Source of the DNA: Gemmatimonadaceae bacterium
GTDB taxonomy: Bacteria; Gemmatimonadota; Gemmatimonadetes; Gemmatimonadales; Gemmatimonadaceae
Direction: 5' to 3'
Assembly (NCBI GenBank): GCA_051859245.1
Contig: JBHYGA010000004.1
Location: forward strand, 416,001-480,000
DNA: 64,000 nt
In this document: positions 28,802 to 39,150 of the stretch, piece after piece
Layout: each line of letters opens with the position of its first letter
Position numbering within the stretch: position 1 is the first letter of the stretch
Translations under genes and position numbers: made by a program
The notes under the pieces: model-generated
The model's input: only the letters and a program-made list of their open reading frames with translations
Database searches by the model: none
Told to the model about the DNA's origin: nothing

Positions 28802-30000
28802 AACTGTTGCCACCGCTGGTGAAGGAGCACGCGCGGCGCGTTGTATTGCTCTGCGCGCTGTCTGCATGTCACTCGCCGAGTGCGGATGGCGCTTCTGCAG
28901 CGATCGAAATAGTGGCTCGCGATCAGCGCGTCGAACTTTGCGCGCTCCCCACTCCGATCCCGGCTCGCCGAGTCTACTCGGAGTACGAGACATATCCATG
29001 TCGAGTTGTCGCGATTCCAACCTCGACTGTGTTACGTCCCTCGACAGATGGTCAGACCCCCGATCCCAATCCCGGCGTTGTTACGGAAGTCGCACGCGAT
29101 AGCCGCGGCCGGTTCTACACCACGTCACGTCGCGGTGAACCTGTCGAAGTGTGGGATTCTCTTGGCCGACACCTTGCCACGGTGGGTCGACGCGGATCGG
29201 GTCCCGGTGAGTTTTCCGGTTGGCCGCTGTCGCTGTTTATCGACGTTGGAGACACACTGCATGTGTTGGACGGTCTTGGGCGATGGAGTGTGTTCGACTC
29301 TGCTTTCAATAGCGTTCGTACGTTTACCGCGGCGCGCGCCTTTCGGTCGAGCACACTGATCGACGGCGGTCCACTCGTCTTCACGTCTTCGGTGTCGTGG
29401 GGCGAACCGGACGCGGCGTTCTTCCGAATGACGCGCGACGGCCGTCCCGACGGGTCACACGGAAAGAGCGATGCGCCGTCGTCGCTCGGATCGGGACAGC
29501 TAAGCAGCACAGGTCCTGATCAAACGATCTGGATCGCACCAGCCCCGGGAACCGGCAAAGGTTTTGTGCTTGAGAATCGATCCATCAACGGCGAGCTGCT
29601 CAACGTGGTAAGTCGAGATGCGCCGTGGTTGCCGCTGACTGGATATCCTGACGAGCCCAATGTGCCAACGTTTCGCACACTGCATGTCGACGATGACGGA
29701 CTGCTCTGGGTGGCATTGTCCGTCAAGGATCCACGCTGGCAAGCACGAAAACCCGGAGAAAGTCCGGCCGCGCAATCGCGACGAAAAGGGGAGATGTACG
29801 ACATGCGATTTGAGGTACTGGACCCTCGGACTGGAAGCGTGTTAGCGTCGGTGCGGTACGACGATATGAGCGAGTCAGACCTGGTGCCGATCTATTCGGT
29901 CGGCGGTAGCAGCCGTCTCTTCTGGGGCAGCAGCTCAGATTCGCTCGGGCAGAAGACGCTTACCGTTTACTCGCTCCAACTGGCGCGGCAGAAGCAATGA
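28786..30000 (+). CDS. Beta-propeller lipoprotein
   Basis: LSAC lipobox; DSRGRFY, VGRRGSGPGEF, GDTLHV, VDDDGLLWV. Start uncertain. Confidence 0.7.
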   Translation: MASPLKLLPPLVKEHARRVVLLCALSACHSPSADGASAAIEIVARDQRVELCALPTPIPARRVYSEYETYPCRVVAIPTSTVLRPSTDGQTPDPNPGVVTEVARDSRGRFYTTSRRGEPVEVWDSLGRHLATVGRRGSGPGEFSGWPLSLFIDVGDTLHVLDGLGRWSVFDSAFNSVRTFTAARAFRSSTLIDGGPLVFTSSVSWGEPDAAFFRMTRDGRPDGSHGKSDAPSSLGSGQLSSTGPDQTIWIAPAPGTGKGFVLENRSINGELLNVVSRDAPWLPLTGYPDEPNVPTFRTLHVDDDGLLWVALSVKDPRWQARKPGESPAAQSRRKGEMYDMRFEVLDPRTGSVLASVRYDDMSESDLVPIYSVGGSSRLFWGSSSDSLGQKTLTVYSLQLARQKQ

Positions 30001-31211
30001 GAGAAAAAAGTGTGCTGCTGTTTCTGTTGCTCAGCGCGTGCGTTGCGGAAAGCAAGCCGATTGAACCCGTGCAGTGGTCGGTCGCTGACAGCGCGATGCA
30101 GATACCTACAACAGCGCTGACGATTGCGCAGTTGGAAGCGGCGCCTGTGTTCGTTCCAGACTTTGCGAAGCAGGTACTGATCGAAACATCACTGCTTCGC
30201 GACGTCCAGACGACGACAGCAGTCAGCGCTGCACTCATACTGCCAAACGGTCAGACTGTCGTCCAGATGGACGACTGGCACACGATCGTATTTGCAGATA
30301 CCGCCGGAACGCCTGCCTCGCAAACACGCATCGAGAGATATCGTGCGGACAAAATGACAGTGGGGTTAGGTGATACTGTTTACGTGTCCGTTGGAGACAT
30401 GCGCGCGGGGAATGACCGGGTGCTGCGTTTCACTGACGGAAAGTTTCTGGATTCATTGCCGTCGGCGTTTCGGCAACTACGCGGGGTACGAGCCGACGGC
30501 TCGTTCGTGTACTGGAATGTTGCGCCGTACAGAACGCCGAAAGGGGCACCCGACTATCCGTCGTACGTGCATCCAGAGGCGTTCGTCACGATCGTCGCGA
30601 ACAAAGACTCAAATGCCGTCGCTGAAGTGGGCATCATCCTCGAGACTCGACTCGGTCGCCAACTGCCGTGGACGCGGACGAGCCGTGCGGCTGTTGCGAA
30701 AGGCGTCCTCTGGTTGTCCCCTACGGATGGGCCGGAAATCCTTCGCGTTGGTGTTGACGGAAGACCCGACTTACGAGTGCGCTGGCCACTGACGGACTCC
30801 GTTGTTTCAGCGGAAGAGCTTCAGGCGGTCAAAACATCGATCCGAAGCGGCGTTCCTGTTTCATGGGACTCGGTTCGACGCCAAACAGTGCTCGACTCCA
30901 TAGCGCTACTCACGCCTACAGCGAACGCGCGCGCAACTGATCGGCTCCTCGGCGCGAGTGACGGATCTGTCTGGGTGCGTCGTCGCGTGCCCCTCTACAG
31001 CGGCGCCACAGAAGATGTCGAGTGGCTCGGCTTTCGAGAGAACGGCGAGTTAATCGGAACGCTGCGGTTAGCTCACGGCACCTACGTTCACGACATATCC
31101 GAACGCGAAGCGTTGTTGGAGCTTTCGAATGGACAATCTGGCGTCGTGCGTGTGCCATTGGTGCAAGACCTCGTGAATCGCAATGAGGCGTCTCTCCAAC
31201 GAACGCGATGA
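29997..31211 (+). CDS. Divergent beta-propeller lipoprotein
   Basis: MREK...LLSAC lipobox; GDTVYV, DGSVWV, GELIGTLRL; ATGA overlap with the previous gene. Confidence 0.65.
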   Translation: MREKSVLLFLLLSACVAESKPIEPVQWSVADSAMQIPTTALTIAQLEAAPVFVPDFAKQVLIETSLLRDVQTTTAVSAALILPNGQTVVQMDDWHTIVFADTAGTPASQTRIERYRADKMTVGLGDTVYVSVGDMRAGNDRVLRFTDGKFLDSLPSAFRQLRGVRADGSFVYWNVAPYRTPKGAPDYPSYVHPEAFVTIVANKDSNAVAEVGIILETRLGRQLPWTRTSRAAVAKGVLWLSPTDGPEILRVGVDGRPDLRVRWPLTDSVVSAEELQAVKTSIRSGVPVSWDSVRRQTVLDSIALLTPTANARATDRLLGASDGSVWVRRRVPLYSGATEDVEWLGFRENGELIGTLRLAHGTYVHDISEREALLELSNGQSGVVRVPLVQDLVNRNEASLQRTR

Positions 31212-31445
31212 CACAGATGAGTGACGATGGGCTCAAGCCAGCTCAGCGATACGCGAAGTAAGCAGCGTGGCGCGTCGTGGCGCCGATGCATCAGTACACC
31301 GTGCATTGTGTGACGCCCATCGCACCCGACACTGGCTGTCGAACTCCCACCCACTTTTGGGCTATATCAGTAGATCAGACATCATCGCACATTGCTCAGG
31401 AACGCGAAGATGAGATGACGCTGACCCAAGCACGGGGTGTCCTGC

Positions 31446-32957
31446 ATGATCATAGCCGAGGATGACAAACAGACGCACACTGCACGACCGCTTGCCAGCT
31501 CCGGTGTGCAGGGCCTCGATGAAATCCTGAGCGGTGGACTGACACCGAATCGGTTGTATCTCGTGGAGGGTGTGCCCGGTTCAGGGAAAACCACACTCGC
31601 CTTGCAGTTCCTGCTCGAAGGGGTGCGCCTGGGAGAGCGGGTCCTCTATGTCACGCTGTCCGAATCGCGCGACGAGTTGGCAGCGGTGGTGGCCGCACAT
31701 GGATGGTCGCTTGAGGGCGTGACGGTACGAGAACTTAGTCCTACGGCCGAGAGCCTCGCACCAGACGAGACGTACACCATGTTTCATCCGTCCGAAGTTG
31801 AGCTGAGCGAAACCACGAAAACAATTCTTGCGGATGTCGATCGCATCAAACCGGCTCGGATCGCATTCGATTCGCTTTCGGAACTGCGACTGCTGGCGGG
31901 AAACGCGTTGCGCTACCGACGTCAAATTCTGGCACTGAAGCAGTTCTTCAGCGGTCGGCGATGCACCGTGATGTTACTCGACGACATGACAAGTGCGGCG
32001 CATGATCTGCAGGTGCAGAGCATCGCGCACGGCGTCATTCTGCTCGAGCAGTCCAATCCTGACTATGGCGCCGAACGACGTCGACTGCGTGTGGTGAAGT
32101 TTCGCGGCGTTGGATTTCGTGGAGGCTTTCACGACTACATCATTCGCCGGGGCGGCCTGACGGTATTTCCGCGTCTGGTTGTGGGCTCAAGCCGGAGTGC
32201 GATTGGCGCCGAGAAGTTGAGTACTGATATTGACGCGCTCGATCGTTTGCTTGGCGGAGGGATCGAGCCTGGCACGAGTACCCTCATTACGGGCGCTGCC
32301 GGCACTGGCAAATCCACGGTCGCTGCACAGTTCGTGTGGGCCGCAGCCAATCGTGGCCAACGTTCGGCCATGTTTCTCTTCGACGAAAGTCTGGTCACAC
32401 TCATCGCGCGTACAGCTGCGCTCGGGATTGACCTGGCGCCGCACATCGAGTCGGGATTGGTCACGATTCAACAGATCGATCCGGCCGAGTTGTCTCCGGG
32501 AGAACTCACGCTCGCGGTACGCGAAGCGGTTGCACGCGGTGTGGAGCTCATGGTGATCGACAGCCTGAATGGCTATTTGAACGCCATGCCGGGTGAGCGA
32601 TATCTCATTATTCAGCTTCACGAGATGCTCACATATCTCGGCAACAAGAATGTCGTCACATTGCTGGTGAGCGCACAACACGGACTCATTGGCAGCAATA
32701 TGATCTCGCCCATCGATGCGAGTTATCTCGCCGATGGCGTGGTGCTCATGCGTTACTTCGAAGCAAACGGTGAAGTGCGTCAGTCCATTTCCGTGCTGAA
32801 GAAGCGCGGCAGCAAGCATGAGCGCAGTATTCGCGAGTTCCGCATGGCCGACGGGACAATCGCGATTGGCGAGCCGCTGCGCGAATTCCGTGGTGTGCTC
32901 ACGGGCGTGCCGCAGCTGGTTGCAGAAACGTTCGATCTGCGGAAGGCTGGATTGTGA
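31446..32957 (+). CDS. KaiC-like double-domain RecA-fold ATPase
   Basis: Two Walker A motifs (GVPGSGKT, GAAGTGKS); LRVVKFRG; ISVLKKRGSKHE..IREF. Confidence 0.92.
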   Translation: MIIAEDDKQTHTARPLASSGVQGLDEILSGGLTPNRLYLVEGVPGSGKTTLALQFLLEGVRLGERVLYVTLSESRDELAAVVAAHGWSLEGVTVRELSPTAESLAPDETYTMFHPSEVELSETTKTILADVDRIKPARIAFDSLSELRLLAGNALRYRRQILALKQFFSGRRCTVMLLDDMTSAAHDLQVQSIAHGVILLEQSNPDYGAERRRLRVVKFRGVGFRGGFHDYIIRRGGLTVFPRLVVGSSRSAIGAEKLSTDIDALDRLLGGGIEPGTSTLITGAAGTGKSTVAAQFVWAAANRGQRSAMFLFDESLVTLIARTAALGIDLAPHIESGLVTIQQIDPAELSPGELTLAVREAVARGVELMVIDSLNGYLNAMPGERYLIIQLHEMLTYLGNKNVVTLLVSAQHGLIGSNMISPIDASYLADGVVLMRYFEANGEVRQSISVLKKRGSKHERSIREFRMADGTIAIGEPLREFRGVLTGVPQLVAETFDLRKAGL

Positions 32958-34612
32958 CGCACGCGTTGCCACGCGCGGCGGATCCCGACGAGAGTCTGGC
33001 CGTGACGCGCGAACTACGCGTGGTTGTACTCGCGCCGACGGGTCGTGATGCGTCGTTAACGCGCACCATCTTTGAACGGGCGCAAATCGACTCGGTTAAC
33101 TGTGGCGACATTGCAGCCGCGTGCGCCGCGCTGACCGAGGGCGCCGCAGCGCTGCTGATCGCGGAGGAAGCGGTGACGGCAGAACCGACCTGTGTGCTCG
33201 TGGAGTGGTTGTCTCATCAACCACCATGGTCGGACCTGCCGATTCTGGTGCTCGCGCAGCCCGGTGCAGATTCAGATGCCGTGGCGCGCGCGATGGATCT
33301 GTTGGGGAATGTGACCGTGCTCGAACGACCCATGCGCATCGCATCGCTCGTCAGTGCCGTGCGAAGCGCCAACCGTGCGCGGCTGCGCCAGTATCAGATT
33401 CGCGAACATCTGGCCGAGCGCGAGTCGGCGGAGCGCGCACTTCGCGATGCGGACCAACGCAAGAACGAGTTCTTGGCGGTGCTGGCGCACGAACTGCGCA
33501 ATCCGCTTTCGCCAATTCGAAACGCGCTCCACATGTTGCGCAACGTGAAAGACGATTGGGCGCAAGCCGAAAAACTTTCGGCAATCATGAATCGGCAGGT
33601 TACGCACCTGGTGCGTCTCGTAGACGATCTGCTGGAGATTTCACGCATCACGCGCGATCGACTGGAGCTGCGCACGGAACAGGTGTCGCTGGCCAGCGTG
33701 ATGAGGGCGGCTGTTGAGGGAAGCAAGCCGCACATTGAAGCGCGTCGGCATCAACTCGACGTCGACTTGCCAGCGGATACAATCACGCTGCGTGCGGATC
33801 CTGTGCGCCTTGCGCAGGTCTTCATGAATTTGCTGAACAACGCCGCCAAATACACAGCACCTGGTGGACACATTCTTGTGTCCGCACAGCACGATGGTGA
33901 TTGCGTGCTGGTGTCCGTACGCGACAACGGACTGGGAATTCCTGCTGATCGTATGGAACAGATTTTCGATCTGTTTGTACAGTTGGATCGACGACCGGAT
34001 GGCGTGCAGAGTGGTCTGGGTGTCGGCCTGACACTTGTGAAGCGGCTGGTGGAACTCCACGGCGGCCGCGTGGATGTGCGCAGCAAAGGTGTGGATGAGG
34101 GCAGCGAGTTCCGCGTCACGTTGCCGCGGGTTGCACGCCCGGTACATGAAGGGGTCGTGATGTCCACAGAACGCGATACAAACTTGCCACCGCGCCGTGT
34201 GCTTGTGGTCGATGACAACAAGGACGCCGCTGATACGCTCGCCCTCGTGCTGGAAAGCCGCGGAGAACACGTGCGCGTAGCCTACGGCGGCGAGGAGGCG
34301 CTTCGCGTCCTTGATGAAGAGCCGGTGTCCGTGGCGTTCGTCGACATCGGTATGCCCGGCATGGATGGCTACGAAGTCGCGCGACGCGTCCGCCAGTCAG
34401 AGCATATGCGTGACGTGACGCTGGTCGCGCTCACGGGTTGGGGTCAGCAGGAAGACATTCAGAACGCGCACGCGGCAGGCTTTGCGCATCACCTGATCAA
34501 ACCAGCGGATCTGGACGAACTGCAGGCGCTGCTTGACAGTGTTGATGAGGCGACGTCTTCGTCGAACGCAGACGGATTTACCGCACCCGCGCCATCGCCG
34601 CCTGAACGCTGA
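32954..34612 (+). CDS. Hybrid sensor histidine kinase with C-terminal receiver
   Basis: LAHELRNPL, NLLNNAAKYT, DNGLGI, GLGVGL; receiver VVDDN...DIGMPGMDG...KP; GTGA overlap with the kaiC-like gene. Confidence 0.94.
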   Translation: MTHALPRAADPDESLAVTRELRVVVLAPTGRDASLTRTIFERAQIDSVNCGDIAAACAALTEGAAALLIAEEAVTAEPTCVLVEWLSHQPPWSDLPILVLAQPGADSDAVARAMDLLGNVTVLERPMRIASLVSAVRSANRARLRQYQIREHLAERESAERALRDADQRKNEFLAVLAHELRNPLSPIRNALHMLRNVKDDWAQAEKLSAIMNRQVTHLVRLVDDLLEISRITRDRLELRTEQVSLASVMRAAVEGSKPHIEARRHQLDVDLPADTITLRADPVRLAQVFMNLLNNAAKYTAPGGHILVSAQHDGDCVLVSVRDNGLGIPADRMEQIFDLFVQLDRRPDGVQSGLGVGLTLVKRLVELHGGRVDVRSKGVDEGSEFRVTLPRVARPVHEGVVMSTERDTNLPPRRVLVVDDNKDAADTLALVLESRGEHVRVAYGGEEALRVLDEEPVSVAFVDIGMPGMDGYEVARRVRQSEHMRDVTLVALTGWGQQEDIQNAHAAGFAHHLIKPADLDELQALLDSVDEATSSSNADGFTAPAPSPPER

Positions 34613-35675
34613 CGAATTCGCCTACGTTCTCCATTGTCAGCAGACCCACCAGCGCGCCGCGGTTCAGCACGGGCATCGTGCGGATTGGTGAGCTCTGCAT
34701 GCGCTGCAGCGCCACATCGAGCATCTCGCCCACTTCCGCGTGCGGCACATCGCGCTGCATCGCGTCGATCACACGCAAGTGTTCAGTCTTGCGCGCGAGC
34801 GCCGTGAGCAGCGCCTGGCGCGTGAGCACGCCCATCACGCGTCCTTCGTCGGCCACGGGGAAATCCTGCTGGCTGCCAGCGAGCAACAGCTCGACCGCAT
34901 ACGACAGAGAGTCACTCGGCGACAACGTTTTGTAGTCAGTGATCATCGCCTGCACTACCGTCACACCGTCCAGTGCACCCTTGGTTTGCGCGGCCGCTGC
35001 TTCCTGTGACGCACCAACCCACACGAATACCGCAATCAGGATCAGAAACGGATTCGAATAGAATCCAACCACGGCAAAGAACGCCGCGAACACTTTACCA
35101 ACCGACGCAGCACGCGCCGTCGCCACCGCGTACGGCCAGCGCATCGCGAGCAACGCGCGCAGCACTCGGCCACCGTCCATGGGAAACGCCGGAATCATGT
35201 TGAACGCGACCAACATCACGTTCACCACCAGCAGTCGCTCCAGCAGTCCTGGACCGGCGAGTGCCATATCGGCGTTGCTCAGCGACTCCGCGCTCACAGG
35301 ACGGCCCGATGTGCCGAGTACAACAACGAGCAGAACGGCGATTACGATATTGACCGCAGGTCCGGCGATTGCGACCAGCAACTCCTGCACCGGTTTGTCG
35401 GGCATGCGCTCAAGGCGCGCGACACCGCCAATTGGCAGCAGCGTGATGTCGCGCGTGCGGACGCCAAAACGTCGGGCCGTGAGCGCGTGACCAAATTCAT
35501 GCAGTAGCACACAGAGAAACAGCGCGAGCATGAATCCAACACCGCGCAACGCCATTGCCGCACTCTGTTCTGTGGCGTACAGCGACAACCCAACCCACAC
35601 GAGCAGCACCAGAAACGTGAGGTGGATCTGGACGCGAATGCCTGCGTATCGACCAATAAACAGCGACCACTTCAT
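34578..35675 (-). CDS. Site-2 (M50) zinc metalloprotease with CBS pair
   Basis: LLHEFGH, AGPAVN, FNMIPAFPMDGGR; C-terminal CBS domains. Confidence 0.94.
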   Translation of the reverse strand: MKWSLFIGRYAGIRVQIHLTFLVLLVWVGLSLYATEQSAAMALRGVGFMLALFLCVLLHEFGHALTARRFGVRTRDITLLPIGGVARLERMPDKPVQELLVAIAGPAVNIVIAVLLVVVLGTSGRPVSAESLSNADMALAGPGLLERLLVVNVMLVAFNMIPAFPMDGGRVLRALLAMRWPYAVATARAASVGKVFAAFFAVVGFYSNPFLILIAVFVWVGASQEAAAAQTKGALDGVTVVQAMITDYKTLSPSDSLSYAVELLLAGSQQDFPVADEGRVMGVLTRQALLTALARKTEHLRVIDAMQRDVPHAEVGEMLDVALQRMQSSPIRTMPVLNRGALVGLLTMENVGEFVSVQAAMARVR

Positions 35676-36841
35676 AACGATCGACCAAAGAGCCACGCGA
35701 TCGCATCAGGGAGCACGCGCCCAACAATCAGCGTGTGTCCTTCAGACGCAAGCTCGCGGTACTCGATGCGCTGCCCGGCTGCGCGCGTGGCGTCGGCCGC
35801 GCTCTTCACACGTGCCGCCGGAATGACCGGATCGAGTGTGCCGGTGATAAACAGCGCCGGCGGTGCGCCAGCCGCGGTGATTGCCGCGCCGCCCGCAATG
35901 CACGCCACCGCCGCAATGCGCGTGCCACGTGCGTTCGCGAGTGACGACGTCAGACCAGCGCCCATGGAGTGACCCACCACATAAATGCGTTTCGCATCTA
36001 TCGTGTACTCGCGCGACATTACCGCGACGAGCGTGTCAAACATGGCCGGTGTGAAGCCGTTGGCGAGCGGAGACACGATCATGGCGCCGAGTGAGTCGGC
36101 GAGGCGCGTGAGCACGCCGGCACCGTACGCGTCGACAAACATGTTCTCGTCACCACCCGCACCGTGCAGCGCAATAATCAGCGGTGCCGGCGTGGTGCGC
36201 TCCACACTGCTCGGCGGCACCACCACTCGCGCCGGCACACGACGAGCGCCGTCTGTTGCAAACACACGCCACCAGTCGCCGCTGCGCTTGGCGTAGGGAT
36301 TGCGGCCCGCCTTGAGCTCCGCCACTTCGCGCGTGATCGCTGCAGCATGCACACGCGGGTCGATCATGAGTTCAATGCTGCGCGTTCTCGACGCTACATC
36401 GGTGAGCAGGCCCGCGCGTGCGACCGCTGACGCATGTGCCTGCTGCAAAATGCCGGCGGAATCAATCGTGGAGAGCGTGGCCAGCAACTCGCGCTGCACA
36501 ACAGAGGGAGCGCGACCATTGATCAATCGTGCGTCACCGGCCGGCGGTGCGAGCGGCACGTCGTCTGCTGTAGCACCAAGTGAACGCGCCAGCGAATCAA
36601 GGCTCGAAACCGCCGCCGCAAACTGTCCGCCGAAAAACTGAAACGTGGTGCGATCGAACGCGCGGTTCACACGCGATCGTTCGTCGTCGGTGAGCGTACG
36701 TGTGGAGACCAATCGATCAACCAGCAGATACGATTGTGCGAGCGCCGCGCGCATCGTGTCGCCGGCGGCGGCTTGCGCGTGCAACGGGTGCGCGGTGAAC
36801 ACAACCAGCACAACGAGGGCCGCACGAGAAAGAGCACGCAT
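35672..36841 (-). CDS. Secreted alpha/beta hydrolase (esterase/PHB-depolymerase-like)
   Basis: ALHGAGG, VGHSMGA, GTLDPV, EGH; signal peptide ending LHA-Q. Confidence 0.85.
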   Translation of the reverse strand: MRALSRAALVVLVVFTAHPLHAQAAAGDTMRAALAQSYLLVDRLVSTRTLTDDERSRVNRAFDRTTFQFFGGQFAAAVSSLDSLARSLGATADDVPLAPPAGDARLINGRAPSVVQRELLATLSTIDSAGILQQAHASAVARAGLLTDVASRTRSIELMIDPRVHAAAITREVAELKAGRNPYAKRSGDWWRVFATDGARRVPARVVVPPSSVERTTPAPLIIALHGAGGDENMFVDAYGAGVLTRLADSLGAMIVSPLANGFTPAMFDTLVAVMSREYTIDAKRIYVVGHSMGAGLTSSLANARGTRIAAVACIAGGAAITAAGAPPALFITGTLDPVIPAARVKSAADATRAAGQRIEYRELASEGHTLIVGRVLPDAIAWLFGRSL

Positions 36842-37005
36842 GTGATTCGGCATGTCGGGGAAAAAGCGGCGAACGCGTGACATTGGCAGCAAAGCGGAGA
36901 CGAGCCAACACTTTGCCGACCTTGTGTGCATAGATTACGCACAGCGACGTCGCTCTGGATAGTAAAGACACGGTGTGCACCATCGCGTTCCTCAACGGAG
37001 TCGAC

Positions 37006-37701
37006 ATGCGAGCCTTACACGCGGAACGCCACTACTTCGATCGCATCGGCTGGCTTCGTGCCGCCGTACTTGGTGCGAACGACGGGATTGTCTCAACCGC
37101 CAGCCTGGTGGTTGGTGTGGCGGCGTCAGGAGCAGAAAAGAGCGCCATTCTCATTGCCGGTGTCGCGGGTCTTGTGGCCGGTGCCATGTCCATGGCGGCG
37201 GGTGAGTACGTGTCGGTGAGTTCGCAGTCCGACACCGAAGAGGCCGACCTCACTCGTGAGCGACAGGAACTCGCCACCGTACCGGACGCTGAGCTCATGG
37301 AGCTCGCGGACTTGTACGTGAAGCGCGGGCTCCCGGCCGAACTCGCAAAAAGCGTTGCACAGGCACTTACCTCACATGACGCGCTCGGTGCACACGCTCG
37401 CGAAGAGCTTGGCATTGTGGAGCATCAGCGCGCTAATCCGTTGCAAGCCGCGTTTGCGTCGGCCGGAACGTTCGCCGTGGGCGCCGCGCTGCCACTCGTT
37501 GTCGCCTGGCTCTCCCCAACCCGTTTGCTCTCATGGATTGTGACGGGCAGCGCGCTCGCGTTCCTGATGCTGCTCGGCTGGACGTCCGCGAATGCCGGTG
37601 GCGCGAACCGTGTGACCGGCACCGCACGCGTCACCTTCTGGGGCGCGATTGCGATGGCGATTACGTACGCTGTGGGCCGTTTGTTTGGTGCGGTGGTGTA
37701 A
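37006..37701 (+). CDS. VIT1/CCC1 family iron/manganese transporter
   Basis: WLRAAVLGANDGIVS, AMSMAAGEYVSVSSQ, HAREELG; GGAG RBS. Confidence 0.95.
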   Translation: MRALHAERHYFDRIGWLRAAVLGANDGIVSTASLVVGVAASGAEKSAILIAGVAGLVAGAMSMAAGEYVSVSSQSDTEEADLTRERQELATVPDAELMELADLYVKRGLPAELAKSVAQALTSHDALGAHAREELGIVEHQRANPLQAAFASAGTFAVGAALPLVVAWLSPTRLLSWIVTGSALAFLMLLGWTSANAGGANRVTGTARVTFWGAIAMAITYAVGRLFGAVV

Positions 37702-37783
37702 CTGGCGAGCCGGTGTGATGCGTGGCGCATGACGTCGGGCAATGACGCTCACTCGCAAGGACCGTTCACACCGGCTCCACCGT

Positions 37784-38314
37784 TTAGTTGTCGTCTGCTC
37801 CGTTTTGCTCTCCGGTCGTGACCGCTACTCCGCGCACCGCGCTATTGGTGTACGCCGAGCCCGCGCCGTACTGATACACGAGCGCGCCGCCCGAATGACC
37901 GACCTGATATCCAGCGAAAACAAGGCCGAGCGATCCAATGGTGGCCAGCACGCGGGCGCCGGTGCCAATGCGTCCTTTGAGCAGACCGACAGCGGCAATG
38001 CCGAGCACGGCCATGGAGAGCGTCAGGAACTGATCGGCCGCATCTTCGTGTGACTCGAGCGCCGAGTCTGGCACGACGGATTCCACCTGTTCTTCCTGAT
38101 CTTCACCGGTCTCTATTGAGGCCCAACTGCTGAGCGACAGCGCCGCAAACATGGCGGCGGCCACACCCCACGCGCGCAGCGGGCGGCCTCCGCGTTGCAC
38201 CACGATCAACGCGCCGATGGCAAAGACCGGCACCAATACCGCGAGTGCCATTGGCAAGTGGACAATGGCCGGGTGGAGTGGACTTGGAATGATCGAGCTG
38301 AGTTGTGCGAGCAC
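37784..38314 (-). CDS. DUF2231-like membrane protein
   Basis: LHPAIVHLP, ETGE, HEDAA, GHSGGALVY; AGGAGG RBS before GTG at 38314. Confidence 0.85.
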   Translation of the reverse strand: MLAQLSSIIPSPLHPAIVHLPMALAVLVPVFAIGALIVVQRGGRPLRAWGVAAAMFAALSLSSWASIETGEDQEEQVESVVPDSALESHEDAADQFLTLSMAVLGIAAVGLLKGRIGTGARVLATIGSLGLVFAGYQVGHSGGALVYQYGAGSAYTNSAVRGVAVTTGEQNGADDN

Positions 38315-38393
38315 GGTGCCTCCTGAGAAAGGGACGCGGGTGAATCCCGCTTCCTTGGGTGAAGCATCGTGTATCCGAGCCGGCCAGAACATC

Positions 38394-38457
38394 CGACACA
38401 TGTCGCAACACGCTGATTCTGCGGCACTTGTCTGATATCTCCGGCAAATGCCTGATA
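38394..38457. promoter_or_regulatory. Three CGRCA-NN-TGYC boxes between the divergent DUF2231 and LuxR genes
   Basis: CGACACATGTCG (38394), CGGCACTTGTCTGATA (38422), CGGCAAATGCCTGATA (38442). Confidence 0.55.
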
Positions 38458-38491
38458 GCGCACGCGGGGTCGTGGCTCAATAGTTCTTCGC

Positions 38492-39061
38492 ATGAAGACC
38501 CCGGCTGAACTTGAGGAACACGAAGGCATAGACGACAGCGAGGGCCGCCTGCGCTGGCTCGTGTTGGCAGTTCTCGCCGTGGTGGTGCTAGGCGGCGCGT
38601 TCGATCTCTACATGGACGCGCCCGATGATCTGCTATCGGCACACGTGCTGGTGGAGCTCGCGCTGATGACCGTGAGTGCCACCGTCGGTGTGGTGTTGTG
38701 GCGTGCGTGGCGACGTACCGCGCAGCAGCTCAGCGTGACGCGTCAATCGCTTGAGGCATCACAAGCCGACCGCGAAGCGTGGCGAGGGCGTGCCGAGCAG
38801 GCGCTGCACGGACTCGGCCAGGCCATCAACGAGCAGTTTGACGCGTGGGGCCTCACACCGAGCGAGCGCGAAGTCGCGCTGTTGCTGCTCAAGGGATACG
38901 GCCACAAACAGATCGCGGCGCAGACCAATCGCGGTGAGCGCACGGTGCGTCAGCATGCGGTGGCGGTGTACAGCAAGTCGGGACAGGGAGGCCGCGCGGA
39001 GCTGGCGGCGTTCTTTCTGGAGGGGTTGATGCTGCCGGTCGCGGAGACTGCCGATCACTAG
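38492..39061 (+). CDS. Membrane-anchored LuxR-type HTH regulator
   Basis: Two TM helices, then WGLTPSEREVALLLLKG...ERTVRQH...VYSKS. Confidence 0.9.
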   Translation: MKTPAELEEHEGIDDSEGRLRWLVLAVLAVVVLGGAFDLYMDAPDDLLSAHVLVELALMTVSATVGVVLWRAWRRTAQQLSVTRQSLEASQADREAWRGRAEQALHGLGQAINEQFDAWGLTPSEREVALLLLKGYGHKQIAAQTNRGERTVRQHAVAVYSKSGQGGRAELAAFFLEGLMLPVAETADH

Positions 39062-39150
39062 CGGCGCGGGTGTGGGAGGCTGATGTGGTGGTGATGATGT
39101 AGTATCTCTGCACACACATCGTTGCCGCATTCATTCCTGACGACATTCAC

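Noticed and set aside
31446..32957. Circadian clock
   Set aside because: No kaiA or kaiB in the window; the context is a kinase operon.
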